DNA of 64,000 nucleotides from an uncultured Chloroflexia bacterium (GTDB lineage: Bacteria > Chloroflexota > Limnocylindria > Limnocylindrales > CSP1-4): assembly GCA_963696405.1 (NCBI GenBank), contig CAVOJY010000007.1, positions 64,332 through 128,331 of the forward strand. Direction: 5' to 3'. A program made the position numbers and the translations under genes. Below the pieces are notes generated by a model. It saw nothing but the letters and a program-made list of their open reading frames with translations. It was not told the origin of the DNA and ran no database searches. Below, in pieces: positions 29,071-39,449 of the stretch. Position 1 is the first letter of the stretch, and every line of letters begins with the position of its first letter.

Positions 29071-30351
29071 TTGAGGAGCGACGGCGAGCGCTGGCACGGC
29101 CGGCGCTGTCCCTGGGCTGACGCGGACCCGCTCCTCGGGGCGTACCACGACCAGGAGCGCGGCCGGTTCCCCTCCACCGAGACTTCGCTGTTTGAGGCGC
29201 TCAGCCTCGAGATCCTCCAGGGCGGCTGCGCCTGGCGGGACATCCTGACTCGGCGGGAGGTACTCCGTCGGGCCTTCGCCGGCTTCGACCCCGACCAGCT
29301 GATCGAGGCGGGCGAGCCGCGGCTCAGCCGGGCCTGCCACACCGTCGGCCTCGACCGCCATCGCGGCCGGGTCCGGGCGGTGGTGCAGAACGCCCCCGTG
29401 CTGGTCGCTGCCCGGACCGAGTGGGGGAGCGGACCGGAGGATCGCGAGGCCTTCGGGAGGTGGCTCTGGGCGATGCCGCGCGAGCAGGTGCGCACCGAGC
29501 TGGGCAGCCGGTTCCACGCGGTCAGTGCGAGCGGCGCACGCAACTTCACTGAGGCGGTCGGCCTGGTTCCGCTCGGCCATGCGCCCGGCTGCTGGCGGGC
29601 GCGCGCGGTTATCCTCGACCTGGATGGGGTTGTCCTCGACTCCGAGATCTGGTGGCGCGAGGTTCGCGAGGAGATGCTGGCCGAGGTCGGGCGCACGTGG
29701 AGCGACGCCGACCAGGCCGCGGTCATGGGGCGAAATACCAGGCAATGGGCGGAGGTCATGGTCGAGCGGCACGGCCTTGGCGGCGACCCGGACGCCGTCG
29801 CGTCCGAGGTGATCCGGCGGATGGTGGAACGGTACCGGCGGCGCGGCGCCCCCGCCATAGATGGTGTCGCTGGCGCTGTGCGTGCGCTGGCTGATCGCCA
29901 TCCGCTCGCGATCGCGAGCTCGGCCCCCCGCGAACTCATCGAGGTAGCGATCGAGTCGGCAGGACTCGCCGGGGTCTTCGAGGTGATCACCACGTCCGAC
30001 GAGGTACCGGAGGGGAAGCCGGCACCCGACGTGTATCGGCTGACCGCCCGGCGGCTGGCCCTGCGGCCGTGCGACTGCGTGGTCGTGGAGGACACGCTGA
30101 ACGGGGTGCTGGCCGCCAGGGGAGCCGGCATGGCCACGGTCCTCGTGCCGAACGCCGCGGTTCCACCCGCGCCCGGAGCACGTGAGAGTGCGACGGCTGT
30201 CCTCGACCGCCTCTCCGACCTGGATCCCGACGCGATCCTCGAGGCCTGGGACGCGTCCAGGCCGCGGCACGCTGCCCCGGCCGCAGAGGGCGTTCGGTCC
30301 GACGCGCGTCCGATCGAGCGTGCCTGGCCGGGCGCCGCCCTGGACTGCTGA
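29071..30351 (+). CDS. DNA-3-methyladenine glycosylase I (Tag) fused in frame to an HAD-family phosphatase domain
   Basis: Tag motifs RRCPWA..DPLLGAYHDQERG and LFEALSLEILQGGCAW ending ...EAVGLVPLGHAPGCW. Immediately followed by HAD motif I AVILDLDGVVLDSE. No stop between them and no room for a separate RBS. Confidence 0.75.
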   Translation: MRSDGERWHGRRCPWADADPLLGAYHDQERGRFPSTETSLFEALSLEILQGGCAWRDILTRREVLRRAFAGFDPDQLIEAGEPRLSRACHTVGLDRHRGRVRAVVQNAPVLVAARTEWGSGPEDREAFGRWLWAMPREQVRTELGSRFHAVSASGARNFTEAVGLVPLGHAPGCWRARAVILDLDGVVLDSEIWWREVREEMLAEVGRTWSDADQAAVMGRNTRQWAEVMVERHGLGGDPDAVASEVIRRMVERYRRRGAPAIDGVAGAVRALADRHPLAIASSAPRELIEVAIESAGLAGVFEVITTSDEVPEGKPAPDVYRLTARRLALRPCDCVVVEDTLNGVLAARGAGMATVLVPNAAVPPAPGARESATAVLDRLSDLDPDAILEAWDASRPRHAAPAAEGVRSDARPIERAWPGAALDC

Positions 30352-30368
30352 GTGCGATAATCCCGGTC

Positions 30369-30734
30369 GTGAGCACGACCGGCCTCGCCGCCACCCCGGA
30401 GCAGTACCGCAGTCGGCTGGATCAGCAGCCCGACCCCCAGATCGATGCGTGGGCCATCGAGCTCATGCGCGACCTCTCCATCCGCCGAGGCGTGCGCCCG
30501 GTGATCGACGGCTTCTGCCGGACGACCGGGCTTGACCGGCCGGGGTTCGAGCGGGTGTTCGCGGCCGGCGGTGGCGCCCCCTCCACGCTCGGATACACGG
30601 CCGGCGGGGAGCTGATGGTGCCGGCGATCGAGCTGTGGTGCCTGGTGCCCGGGCTCCGGCAGGAGCTCCCCGACGGCCGGGCGCGGCTCATTGACTACCT
30701 CGTGGCCAACTTCCACGAGATGACCTACACGTAG
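30369..30734 (+). CDS. hypothetical protein (121 aa)
   Basis: GTG start 18 nt after the Tag-HAD stop. High GC3. No recognisable motif. Confidence 0.5.
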   Translation: MSTTGLAATPEQYRSRLDQQPDPQIDAWAIELMRDLSIRRGVRPVIDGFCRTTGLDRPGFERVFAAGGGAPSTLGYTAGGELMVPAIELWCLVPGLRQELPDGRARLIDYLVANFHEMTYT

Positions 30735-30773
30735 GGGACGCCGATCGAGTCGCCGCCACGGACCGGTCCGGCA

Positions 30774-31598
30774 GTGTCGAGCCTGCGGGCAGCTGTGGTC
30801 GTTCACCCCTTCCCATCGATCCTGAATGGCGCCGCAGTCGCGGCGATCGCGCTCGTCGCCGGCGGATCGCCTGCCGCCGCCGGAGTGGCGGCGGTGGCGA
30901 TGACGGGCATCCAGTTTGGTATCGGGGCCCTGAACGACGTGCTCGACCTTGAGCGCGACAGGCTCGTCCAGCCGTCCAAGCCGCTGCCGGTGGGCTTGCT
31001 GACCAGGCGGTCCGCGGAGTTGATCGCTCTCGGGGCAGCCGCGATTGGGCTCGGGCTGTCGGCGCTCCTGGGCACCCCGGAGTTCCTCGTGGCCGCTGCC
31101 GGACTCGCGGTCGGGATCGCATATGACCTGCGGCTCAAGCGGACGCCGCTTGGCTGGCTGCCCTACGCTGCCGGTCTCCCGCTGCTCGTGGTGTTTGCCT
31201 GGCTGGCGGGCTCGGGCACGGTTCCCCCCGCGATGCCGACCCTTGTCCTGCTGGGGTTCCTCGCCGGCCTCGCCATCGCGCTGGCCAACGGGCTCGTGGA
31301 CCTGGAGGCGGACGCTTCCACGCGGGGGAGGGGGCCAGCAACCTGGCTTGGCCGACGACGAGCGCTCACGGTCCTGGCCGTGGTCGATGCGGCAATCCTG
31401 CTCTCCGCCTGGACGGTGGTTGTCGGTGACGTCGACGGACACGTGCTCATGTTCGCCGTCCTCGGATCGGCGGCCGTGGCCGCAGGCTGGATCGGCTCGA
31501 GCCGCGGCGCGCGCCGCTGGCGCGAGCGCGGATGGGAGGCCCAGGCCGTCGGGATCGCGCTCCTGGGGACGGCCTGGCTGAGCGCCGTCGCGGCCTAG
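30774..31598 (+). CDS. UbiA-family prenyltransferase (second copy in the window)
   Basis: NDVLDLERD and LVDLEAD Asp-rich motifs. Seven to eight TM segments. Confidence 0.8.
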   Translation: MSSLRAAVVVHPFPSILNGAAVAAIALVAGGSPAAAGVAAVAMTGIQFGIGALNDVLDLERDRLVQPSKPLPVGLLTRRSAELIALGAAAIGLGLSALLGTPEFLVAAAGLAVGIAYDLRLKRTPLGWLPYAAGLPLLVVFAWLAGSGTVPPAMPTLVLLGFLAGLAIALANGLVDLEADASTRGRGPATWLGRRRALTVLAVVDAAILLSAWTVVVGDVDGHVLMFAVLGSAAVAAGWIGSSRGARRWRERGWEAQAVGIALLGTAWLSAVAA

Positions 31599-31599
31599 A

Positions 31600-32667
31600 T
31601 CAGAACTGCTCGCGCGACCGGCCGGCGCGAAGCTGGGCGATGGCGTTCTCCAGCCGCAGCTTGGCGATCGTCAGGTACTTCGCAAGGTTCGCGCGATCGA
31701 CCTCGGACAGCTGTCCGGGCGTCTCGGCAGACCGGAGAACACCCATCAGCTCGCCGAGCGCGTCAGTCAGGTGTGACTTCGCGGCCACGAGCGAATTCTC
31801 GGTGAGGACCGGAGCCTCGCCGGGCTCGGCCTCTGTGCTTGCCTGCGTCACGTCGTCTGCGGACCGCTCATCGATCGCGGCATCGGTCGGCGTTTCGCCG
31901 GGCGAGCCCAGGGATCGTTCGGCGGCTTGACGCGTTCGACGACGCTGCGCAGGGGCCGCGCCATCCGGGGTGCGTCCTTCAATGCGGATCCGGAGCTTGG
32001 CCAGCGTCAGCTCGCCGCGGGCGACCTGCTCCGCCAGACGACGCCGCCGCCTGGGATCGGAAACCTTGAGCAGCTCGTACGCATGCGACAGCGTGTCTTT
32101 GCGCAAAGACACCAGCTCGCGGACTTCGGGAGGCGCATCGACCAACCGCAGGCGGTTCTCGATGTAGCCCTTGTTCTTGCTGAGCTTCTGGGCGAGCTTC
32201 CTGACGCTGTAGCCGTGCTCCTGCGTCATGCGCTGGTACATCGACGCCTCTTCGAGCGGCGATAGGTCCTCGCGCTGCAGGTTCTCGATGATCGCGATCT
32301 CGAGGGCGGTCTCATCATCGATTTCCTCGATGAGGGCCGGGATGGTCTCGATCCCTGCAAGCATCGATGCGCGCCAGCGACGCTCTCCGGCCACAAGCTG
32401 GTAGCGACCGCCGGTGAGCGGGCGCACGAGGATCGGCTGGAGAACGCCGTGCTCCTTGATGGAGGCCGCAAGGTCGTTGAGCCCCTCCTTGTCGAGTGCA
32501 AGCCGCGGCTGCTCCGGGCTGGGGTCGATCCGTGCGACGGGGACTTGCCGAACGGCGCCGGTATGGGCGGTGCCCTCGGGCGAGAGGAGGCTGATGATGG
32601 ACGGCGAGAGGTCACCCTCCTCCGACAGCCGCTTCGCGGCCTGGGTGCGGAAGTCGGGTCTAGCCAA
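31600..32667 (-). CDS. parB: chromosome partitioning protein ParB (Spo0J)
   Basis: ParB box GVLQPILVRP...YQLVAGERRWRAS and an HTH. Proposed TTG start overlaps the parA stop. Confidence 0.85.
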   Translation of the reverse strand: MARPDFRTQAAKRLSEEGDLSPSIISLLSPEGTAHTGAVRQVPVARIDPSPEQPRLALDKEGLNDLAASIKEHGVLQPILVRPLTGGRYQLVAGERRWRASMLAGIETIPALIEEIDDETALEIAIIENLQREDLSPLEEASMYQRMTQEHGYSVRKLAQKLSKNKGYIENRLRLVDAPPEVRELVSLRKDTLSHAYELLKVSDPRRRRRLAEQVARGELTLAKLRIRIEGRTPDGAAPAQRRRTRQAAERSLGSPGETPTDAAIDERSADDVTQASTEAEPGEAPVLTENSLVAAKSHLTDALGELMGVLRSAETPGQLSEVDRANLAKYLTIAKLRLENAIAQLRAGRSREQF

Positions 32668-33484
32668 GATCGACCACCTCCTGTGCGAGCTCGCGGAAGG
32701 CGCGCGCGGCGTCTGACGAGCTGGCGTACGACGTGACGGGTCGCCCGACGAGGGGGGCCTCGCCGAGACGAACGGTGTTCTTGATGATCGTGTTGAAGAC
32801 GTGGTGGTCCCCCATCTCGCGGAGCTCGTCGAGCATCTCGCGGCCGAGCAGGGTCCGGCCATCGAAGAACGTGGGGAGCAGGCCCAGTATCTGGAGGTTG
32901 CGATTCAGCCCGCGCGTGCGGATCTGGTTGATGACCTTGACGAGAGCCGCGAGCCCCTTGAGCGCGTAGTACTGCGTCTGGACCGGGATGATGACGCCGT
33001 CTGCCGCCACTAGGCCGTTGATCGTCAGCAGGCCGAGCGCCGGCGGGCAATCGACAAGGATGTAGTCGTAGATGTCCTGGGCGTCGTAGAGGGCATCGCG
33101 CAGGATCTGCTCCCGGCCGATGGCCGTGAAGAGCTCGACCTCCGTGGATGCCAGCTCGATGGTGGAGGGAACGACATCGACGCCCTGCGTTTCCGTCGGC
33201 AGGACGACTTCCTGGAGCGCGGCTCGCGAATCGCCGAGGAGATCCGCGATCGAGACCGTCACCGTGGCCAGGTTGATTCCGAGTCCGACCGTCAGGTTGG
33301 CCTGCGGGTCCATGTCCACGCAGAGCACGCGGCGCTGCAGCTCTGCGAGCGCACCGCCCAGGTTGATCGCCGTCGTTGTCTTGCCGACGCCGCCCTTCTG
33401 GTTGGCGATTGCGATCACGTTTGCCACGGGCAGGAACCTCTTCTGCACGGATGACGGCATCCCGGCGCCGAATCGCGCGACCAT
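32660..33484 (-). CDS. parA: ParA/Soj partitioning ATPase
   Basis: Deviant Walker A IANQKGGVGKTTTAINLG. Confidence 0.9.
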   Translation of the reverse strand: MVARFGAGMPSSVQKRFLPVANVIAIANQKGGVGKTTTAINLGGALAELQRRVLCVDMDPQANLTVGLGINLATVTVSIADLLGDSRAALQEVVLPTETQGVDVVPSTIELASTEVELFTAIGREQILRDALYDAQDIYDYILVDCPPALGLLTINGLVAADGVIIPVQTQYYALKGLAALVKVINQIRTRGLNRNLQILGLLPTFFDGRTLLGREMLDELREMGDHHVFNTIIKNTVRLGEAPLVGRPVTSYASSSDAARAFRELAQEVVDLG

Positions 33485-33645
33485 CTACGTCGTGTGCTCG
33501 TGAGTGTAACGCGGTGTAGCGCCCATGGGAACACCTCCCGTGCCGTCAAGGGGCCGGCCGGAGGTCAACCGGGGCTGCCACTCCCCGCGGGACGCCCGTG
33601 CAAGCTGCCGGCGGCGCGGTTCGGACGGTGGATGCGCGACCGGGC

Positions 33646-33688
33646 TTTTCCACAGAATGGGCGGTTTGTGCACCGTTTCTGTGGATAA
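33646..33688. promoter_or_regulatory. two inverted DnaA-box-like 9-mers (TTTTCCACA and TGTGGATAA) in the parA-mcm intergenic region
   Basis: TGTGGATAA (33680-33688) is a perfect reverse-complement of the E. coli-type consensus TTATCCACA. TTTTCCACA (33646-33654) has 1 mismatch. The local sequence is AT-richer than the flanks. Confidence 0.35.
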
Positions 33689-33966
33689 CCCGATCGGGGC
33701 CAGATGGGCCCGCCCGGCCGCCCGGGCAGCCCTGGGGTGGGGCGTCGCGCCGGCTCAGGGGTCGACGAGGGCGGCCCGTCGGCGCCGGGTCCGTCTTTGT
33801 GCAAAGACATCGAGACGTGCCGCGGGGCGTCGGCCCCGTGCGCCGATGGCCCGGGGCCGGTACTATCGACGCACCGGCATCGGGATCCTTACCGGCGGAG
33901 TGGCCCGCGGGGCGGCGCGGCAGGACGGGTCACGGACCCCAGCGCTCGCCGGGAGCAGGTGGGTTG

Positions 33967-35691
33967 ATGAGCAGTACCAGCGAACCGCAGAGACGACCGC
34001 AGGACGCCGAGGCGGAAACGGCCAACCCCGGGGGAGGGGTGGACGCCCCACGCGAGCGCTGGCGCGCAACCACGCGGGCAGCGGCCCTTGCCGGTCAGCC
34101 TGAACGGCAGGCGCGGTTTGCGACGTCGAGCGGCATCGAAGTGAACGATCTCTACTCGCCGGCGGACACCGCCGGCCTCGACGAGGATCGCGACCTCGGC
34201 AGGCCGGGCGAGTACCCGTTCACACGGGGCGTGCAGCCGACGATGTATCGCGGACGGCTCTGGACCATGCGCCAGTACGCCGGGTTTGCGAGCGCCGAGC
34301 AGACGAACCAGCGCTTCCGGTACCTTCTCGAACACGGACAGACAGGCCTGTCTGTCGCATTCGACCTGCCAACGCAGATGGGCTACGACTCGGACGCGGC
34401 CCCCGCCCTGGGCGAGGTAGGACGCGTGGGGGTTCCCGTGAGCTCGCTCGCGGACCTGGAGATCCTTCTCGACGGCATCCCGCTCGACCGCGTGAGCACG
34501 TCGATGACGATCAATGCCACTGCTGCCATCCTGCTCGCGTTCTACGTGGTGGCCGCGGAGCGCAGGGGCGTCGACCCGGCGGCGCTCAGCGGCACCATCC
34601 AGAACGACATCCTGAAGGAATACGTGGCGCGAGGCACGTATATCTACCCGCCCCAAGCATCCATGCGGCTTGTCACCGATGTTTTCGAGTTCTGCTCCTC
34701 CGCCATGCCAAGGTGGAACACCATTTCCATATCCGGATACCACATGCGCGAGGCGGGAGCGACTGCGGCCCAGGAGCTGGCGTTCACACTGGCGGACGCA
34801 ATCGCGTACGTGGATGGTGCGCTGGCGCGCGGGCTGGACGTGGACCGGTTCGCCGGGCGGCTGAGTTTCTTCTTCGCGGCCTGGAGCGAATTGTTCGAGG
34901 AGGTGGCGAAGTTCCGCGCTGCCCGGCGGATGTGGGCAAGGATCGTCCGCGACCGCTTCGGGGCGCGGAACGAGCGATCCATGGCCTGCCGGTTCCATGT
35001 CCAGACGGCCGGGAGCAGCCTCGCCGCGCGCTCGATCGACAACAACGTCGTCCGCACCACCATCCAGGCGCTCGCCGCCGTGCTGGGTGGGACGCAGAGC
35101 CTGCACACGAACGCCCGCGATGAAGCCCTCGCACTGCCGACGGAGGAGTCCGCGCGTCTCGCCCTGCGCACACAGCAGATCCTTGCTCACGAGGCGGGTG
35201 TGACGGAGACGCCGGACCCGCTGGCCGGCAGCTACTTCGTCGAGACGCTGACTGACCAGGTCGAGGCGGCTGCCCAGGCCTACCTGGACGAGATCGATGC
35301 GTTGGGCGGCACGCTGGCGGCGATCGAGGCGGGGTACCCGCAGCGCCAGATCCAGGAAGCGGCATACCGGCGCCAGCGCGCGGTCGAGACGGGCGAGGCG
35401 GTCGTGGTCGGCGTCAACGCCTTCGTTGACGACGCCTGGTCGGTGCCGCCGCTCCAGCGGATCGACCCCGATGAGGAACAGCGCCAGGTGGCGCGGGTCC
35501 AGGCTGCGCGCACAAACCGCGACCCGGCAGCCTGGGCGCGGGCGCTGGACCGGATGGGCCAGGCCGCCAGGGGAACCGACAATCTCGTTCCCCTGCTCAT
35601 CGAGGCCGTTCGAGCCGGGGCGACACTCGGAGAGATGAGCGATGTGCTGCGGGCCGCGTGGGGCGAGCACCGCGAGTTTGTGATCATCTGA
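33967..35691 (+). CDS. methylmalonyl-CoA mutase, catalytic (N-terminal barrel) subunit without a B12-binding domain
   Basis: MCM motifs ([48 protein letters not shown]) in about 574 aa. No C-terminal DxHxxG cobalamin domain. Confidence 0.9.
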   Translation: MSSTSEPQRRPQDAEAETANPGGGVDAPRERWRATTRAAALAGQPERQARFATSSGIEVNDLYSPADTAGLDEDRDLGRPGEYPFTRGVQPTMYRGRLWTMRQYAGFASAEQTNQRFRYLLEHGQTGLSVAFDLPTQMGYDSDAAPALGEVGRVGVPVSSLADLEILLDGIPLDRVSTSMTINATAAILLAFYVVAAERRGVDPAALSGTIQNDILKEYVARGTYIYPPQASMRLVTDVFEFCSSAMPRWNTISISGYHMREAGATAAQELAFTLADAIAYVDGALARGLDVDRFAGRLSFFFAAWSELFEEVAKFRAARRMWARIVRDRFGARNERSMACRFHVQTAGSSLAARSIDNNVVRTTIQALAAVLGGTQSLHTNARDEALALPTEESARLALRTQQILAHEAGVTETPDPLAGSYFVETLTDQVEAAAQAYLDEIDALGGTLAAIEAGYPQRQIQEAAYRRQRAVETGEAVVVGVNAFVDDAWSVPPLQRIDPDEEQRQVARVQAARTNRDPAAWARALDRMGQAARGTDNLVPLLIEAVRAGATLGEMSDVLRAAWGEHREFVII

Positions 35692-35707
35692 AGGGAGGGT
35701 TCGGCAG

Positions 35708-36178
35708 GTGAGATCTCAACGACCCCCCGCCGAGCTTGCCCGCCTGCACGGGCTCGGGCGGGTCAATCACATCGCGGTCGTCGTCCGCGACCTCGACGCC
35801 GCGCTCCGCGTCTACCGCGATGCCCTTGGGCTGCCCCTCGAGAACATCATGCCGATCCCTTCGGACGGGGTCCGCATCGCCTTCCTGCCGGTCGGCGAAA
35901 GCAAGATCGAGCTGGTCGAGCCCACCGTCCCGGACACCGGGATCGCCCGGTTCCTCGAGAAGCGCGGCGAGGGGTTCCACCACGTCTGCTTCGAGGTGGC
36001 GCACCTCGCCGAGACGCTCATGCGCCTCGCCATCGATGGCGTCGAGCTCATCGACGACGCGCCGCGCAAGGGTGCCGAGGGGCCGGTGGCCTTCATTCAC
36101 CCGCGAGCCTGCAACGGGATGCTCGTCGAGCTCATCGAGGCCGAGGGCGGTCCAGCCTGGGAGGCGCTGGGTTATTGA
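35708..36178 (+). CDS. mce: methylmalonyl-CoA epimerase (VOC family)
   Basis: HIAVVVRDLDAALRVY...FHHVCFEV...GMLVELIE. 17 nt downstream of mcm. Confidence 0.85.
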   Translation: MRSQRPPAELARLHGLGRVNHIAVVVRDLDAALRVYRDALGLPLENIMPIPSDGVRIAFLPVGESKIELVEPTVPDTGIARFLEKRGEGFHHVCFEVAHLAETLMRLAIDGVELIDDAPRKGAEGPVAFIHPRACNGMLVELIEAEGGPAWEALGY

Positions 36179-36198
36179 CTGCCGGGGGGCTGCGACGG

Positions 36199-37086
36199 CT
36201 ATCCGGGCTGGACACCCTGCTCCGCGAGGAGTGACGCCACCTGCCCGGGGGTCTCGGCGACCCGGATCCCGGCCGCCTCGAGGGCGGCGATCTTGGCCGC
36301 TGCCGTGCCGGTGCCGCCGCTGATGATGGCCCCGGCGTGGCCCATGCGCTTGCCTTCGGGCGCCGTGCGGCCGGCGATGAAGGCGGCCATCGGGGTTCCG
36401 CGGAGATGCTCGGCCGCCCAGGCCGCCGCCTCCTCCTCGGCGCTCCCGCCGATCTCCCCGATGAGGACGATGGCCTCCGTCTCGGGATCCTCGGCGAAGA
36501 GCCGGAGCATGTCGAGGTGGCTGCTGCCCACGATCGGGTCGCCGCCGATCCCGACGCAGGTGGACTGCCCGATGCCGGCGTCGGTGAGCGCCTGCACGAC
36601 CTCGTAGGTGAGGGTCCCGGAGCGGCTCACGACTCCCACGCGGCCCTCGCAGTGGATGGAGGCCGGGATGATGCCGACCTTGGCGCGGCCGGGCGAGGTG
36701 GCCCCCGGACAGTTCGGGCCCACGAGGCGGGCCGCGGCGTCGTGCACGACCGGCATGACCTTCAGCATGTCGAGCGCGGGGATGCCCTCCGTGATGCAGA
36801 AGACGGTGGCGATGCCCGCGTCAACGGCCTCGAAGATGGCGTCCGGTGCCCCCGAAGCGGGGACATAGATGACGCTCGTGTTGGCGCCCGTCTCGCGGAC
36901 GGCCCGGGCCGCCGTGTCGAAGACGGGCACCGTGCCGTCGAGGGCGCGCATGCCGCCCTTTCCGGGCGAGGTGCCGGCGACGATCCGGGTCCCATACGCC
37001 TGCATCTGGCGGGCGTGGAACTCGCCCTCGCGCCCGGTGATGCCCTGGACCAGGAGCCGGGTATCCCGGCCAACGAGGATGCTCAT
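36199..37086 (-). CDS. sucD: succinyl-CoA ligase alpha subunit
   Basis: CoA-binding and phosphohistidine loop SRSGTLTYE...GHAGAII. Confidence 0.9.
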   Translation of the reverse strand: MSILVGRDTRLLVQGITGREGEFHARQMQAYGTRIVAGTSPGKGGMRALDGTVPVFDTAARAVRETGANTSVIYVPASGAPDAIFEAVDAGIATVFCITEGIPALDMLKVMPVVHDAAARLVGPNCPGATSPGRAKVGIIPASIHCEGRVGVVSRSGTLTYEVVQALTDAGIGQSTCVGIGGDPIVGSSHLDMLRLFAEDPETEAIVLIGEIGGSAEEEAAAWAAEHLRGTPMAAFIAGRTAPEGKRMGHAGAIISGGTGTAAAKIAALEAAGIRVAETPGQVASLLAEQGVQPG

Positions 37087-38290
37087 GGCGCTGCCCCGGG
37101 ACGCGCGCGCCGGCCGCACCCGCGCGCCGGACGGCCGCAACCGCCCGCTCGGCGGCCTCCTCGAGCGACGACGCCGTCTCGAACGCGGCCGCCCGCAGGA
37201 TCGCCGCCGCCTCCGAGGCGTTCGTGCCCACGATCCGCACGACCATGGGCACCTCCCGCGACTGCACGGCCCGCGCCTCGACCAGGCCGTGGGCCACCTC
37301 GTCGCCGCGGGTGATGCCGCCGAAGATGTTCACGAGGATCGCCATCACCTGTGGATCGGCCAGGATGAGCCGCATGGCGGCGGCCACCTTGTCGGCCTTG
37401 GCGCCACCGCCGATGTCGAGGAAGTTGGCGGGCTCGCCGCCTGCGCGCTTCACCAGGTCCATGGTCGTCATGGCAAGCCCCGCGCCGTTCACCAGGCAGC
37501 CGATGGTGCCGTCGAGATGGATGAAGTTGATGCCCTGGGCCCGGGCCTCCGCGTCGGCGGGATCCTCCTCGTCGAGATCGCGGCGGGCATCGAGGTCGGG
37601 GTGGCGGGGGAGGGCAGAGTCGTCGAGGGTGATCTTGGCGTCGAGGCAGGCCAGCCGCTCGGTCACCAGTCCGTCTGGACCGGTCACGCGCACAACCGCC
37701 AGGGGGTTGACCTCGACGAGATCGGCATCGTTCTCCAGCATGACCCGGACGATGCCCTTGGCGATCGCCACCGCATCGCGGAGGAAGGGACCGCCGAGAC
37801 CCAGCGTGAGCGCCATCGAGCGGGCCTGATAGTCGAGGAGTCCGAGGTAGGGGTGGGCGTGGAGCCGGACGATCGCTTCCGGTTTCCGCCGGGCCACTTC
37901 CTCGATCTCCACCCCGCCCTCCGCCGAGCCCATGAGCAGGATCCGCTGGGCCGCCCGGTCGAGGATCGCGCCGAGGTAGTACTCGCGGACGATGTCCGGC
38001 CCCGGAGCGATCAGGACGCGCCGGACGGTGATCCCCTTGATCGACATGCCGAGGATTGCCAAGCCGGCGGCCTCCGCCGCCTCCGCCGTTGCCGCCAGCT
38101 TCACGCCGCCGGCCTTTCCGCGGCCACCGACCAGGACCTGGGCCTTCACGACGACCTGCGACGCGCCCGCAGCGAACAGCTCCGCGGCCGCGGCGCGGAC
38201 TTCGGCCGGCGTGCTCGCCACGCGACCCCGCGGCACCGGCAGGCCCGCGGCGGACAGCAGCTCGCGCGCGTGGAACTCCTGGAGCTTCAT
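37087..38290 (-). CDS. sucC: succinyl-CoA ligase beta subunit (3' end unresolved: the frame reads through into sucD)
   Basis: [15 protein letters not shown]-grasp and ligase-CoA domains. No in-frame stop until 36821. Adding one G to the CCCCGGG run at 37094-37100 would give ...AP-stop with an ATGA overlap. Confidence 0.85.
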
Positions 38291-38403
38291 GCCACGCAGG
38301 ATAGCGTGCGCTCCGGGGGCGAGCCATGCGATGGCGGCGGCAGTGACCGAGGATTGCGCTCCTGGCCGTACGCTACTCGCAGCGAATGCCCCGGAGGTAC
38401 ACC

Positions 38404-39344
38404 ATGCTCCTCGCACAGATCGAAGCCTTTCTCGCCATCGCACGCTCCGGCAGCATGCGCGAGGCCGCGACGCGCATCTCCGTGGGGCAGCCCGCGATCA
38501 CCGCGCGGATACAGGCGCTCGAGGCCGAGCTCGGCGCGTCGCTGTTCACGCGGACATCCCGGGGCATGCGCCTGACCGAGGCCGGCCTGGCGTTCCTCCC
38601 GTACGCCGACCGCGCAGCGGAGGCGATCCGGGACGGGGCCGAGCTGGTCGCCGAGGTCGATCACGGTTTCGCCGGAGAACTCGTGCTCGGCGCGGCGCCC
38701 GCCGTCAGCGCGTACGTGCTCCCGGAGGTCCTGGCTCGGTTCTCGCGCGAGCGGCCGGGAGTCCGGCTCAAGGTCCGGACGGCGCACTCCGAAGACGTGA
38801 TCGAGATGGTGGCCCGTGGCGAGGTCCGGCTGGGGGTGGTCCGCGAGTACCGCGACGCCCGTGTCGAGGTACAGCCCCTGTACGACGACGAGTTGCTCGT
38901 CGTGGCGCGCCCTGATCTGCCGGGCTTCGCCGCGGGGACGGTCGGCGGCCCGGAGCTGCGCGATACCAGGCTCATCGTGTTCGCTCGGACGTCCGCGTAC
39001 TACGACCTGACGGATGGCCTCCTCCGGCAGGCGGGCGTGCCATCCCGAAGCGTCATGGAAGTCGACAACATCGAGGCCGCCAAGCGGATGGCCGAACGCG
39101 GCCTGGGGCTGGCCCTGCTGCCGTCGACGGCCGTCGCCGACGCGCTCGCCGCCGGCACCCTGAGGAAGATCGACATCGCGGGTTTCCGTGCGCGCGAGTT
39201 GCACGACCGGGTCGTCCTCGTGCGCCGCCTCGGGTCGGACCGTGCGGGGGACAGACCGACGCCATCGACGCGCTCTGCGCTCTCCTCCACGAGATCCCCG
39301 ACACGATCCCGGGAGCCCGCCGGGTGCCTGCCGAGGAGAGTTGA
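38404..39344 (+). CDS. LysR-family transcriptional regulator, with an apparent frameshift at the GGGGG run at 39245
   Basis: N-terminal HTH MLLAQIEAFLAIARSGSMREAA. The C-terminus continues in another frame (QTDAIDALCALLHEIPDTIPGARRVPAEES-stop at 39342-39344). Confidence 0.8.
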
Positions 39345-39449
39345 CGTGCGGGATTCCTGGCCCGTGATTCGACTCGGTATACCGGTTATCAACTTCTCTG
39401 ATCGTCTCAATCGCAGAGTTCGATTGGACTGATCGCGGGCCTGCGCCTA

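Noticed and set aside
28671-31442. 923-aa minus-strand ORF (and similar giant ORFs at 15539-18334, 22154-24313, 24664-26754, 46621-48132, 1292-3172)
   Set aside because: Each lies antisense to or overlapping well-supported conserved genes (Tag-HAD/UbiA, META lipoprotein/ATPase, dnaG, rpoD, rnpB/mraZ, ABC permease). They have Arg/Pro/Gly-rich low-complexity translations with no recognisable domains. Such open frames are expected by chance in 70% GC DNA, where stop codons are rare.
33690-33966. Possible cobalamin riboswitch in the leader of methylmalonyl-CoA mutase
   Set aside because: I could not find the conserved B12-box (GCCACTG) or a plausible multi-stem architecture. The region instead contains DNA-level palindromes, so I treat it as promoter/operator DNA.
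36821-38443. 540-aa ORF suggesting a sucC that overlaps sucD by 265 nt
   Set aside because: The SucC homology stops where sucD begins and the extension is low-complexity. A homopolymer indel at 37094-37100 hiding the true stop fits better with the other frameshifts in the window.
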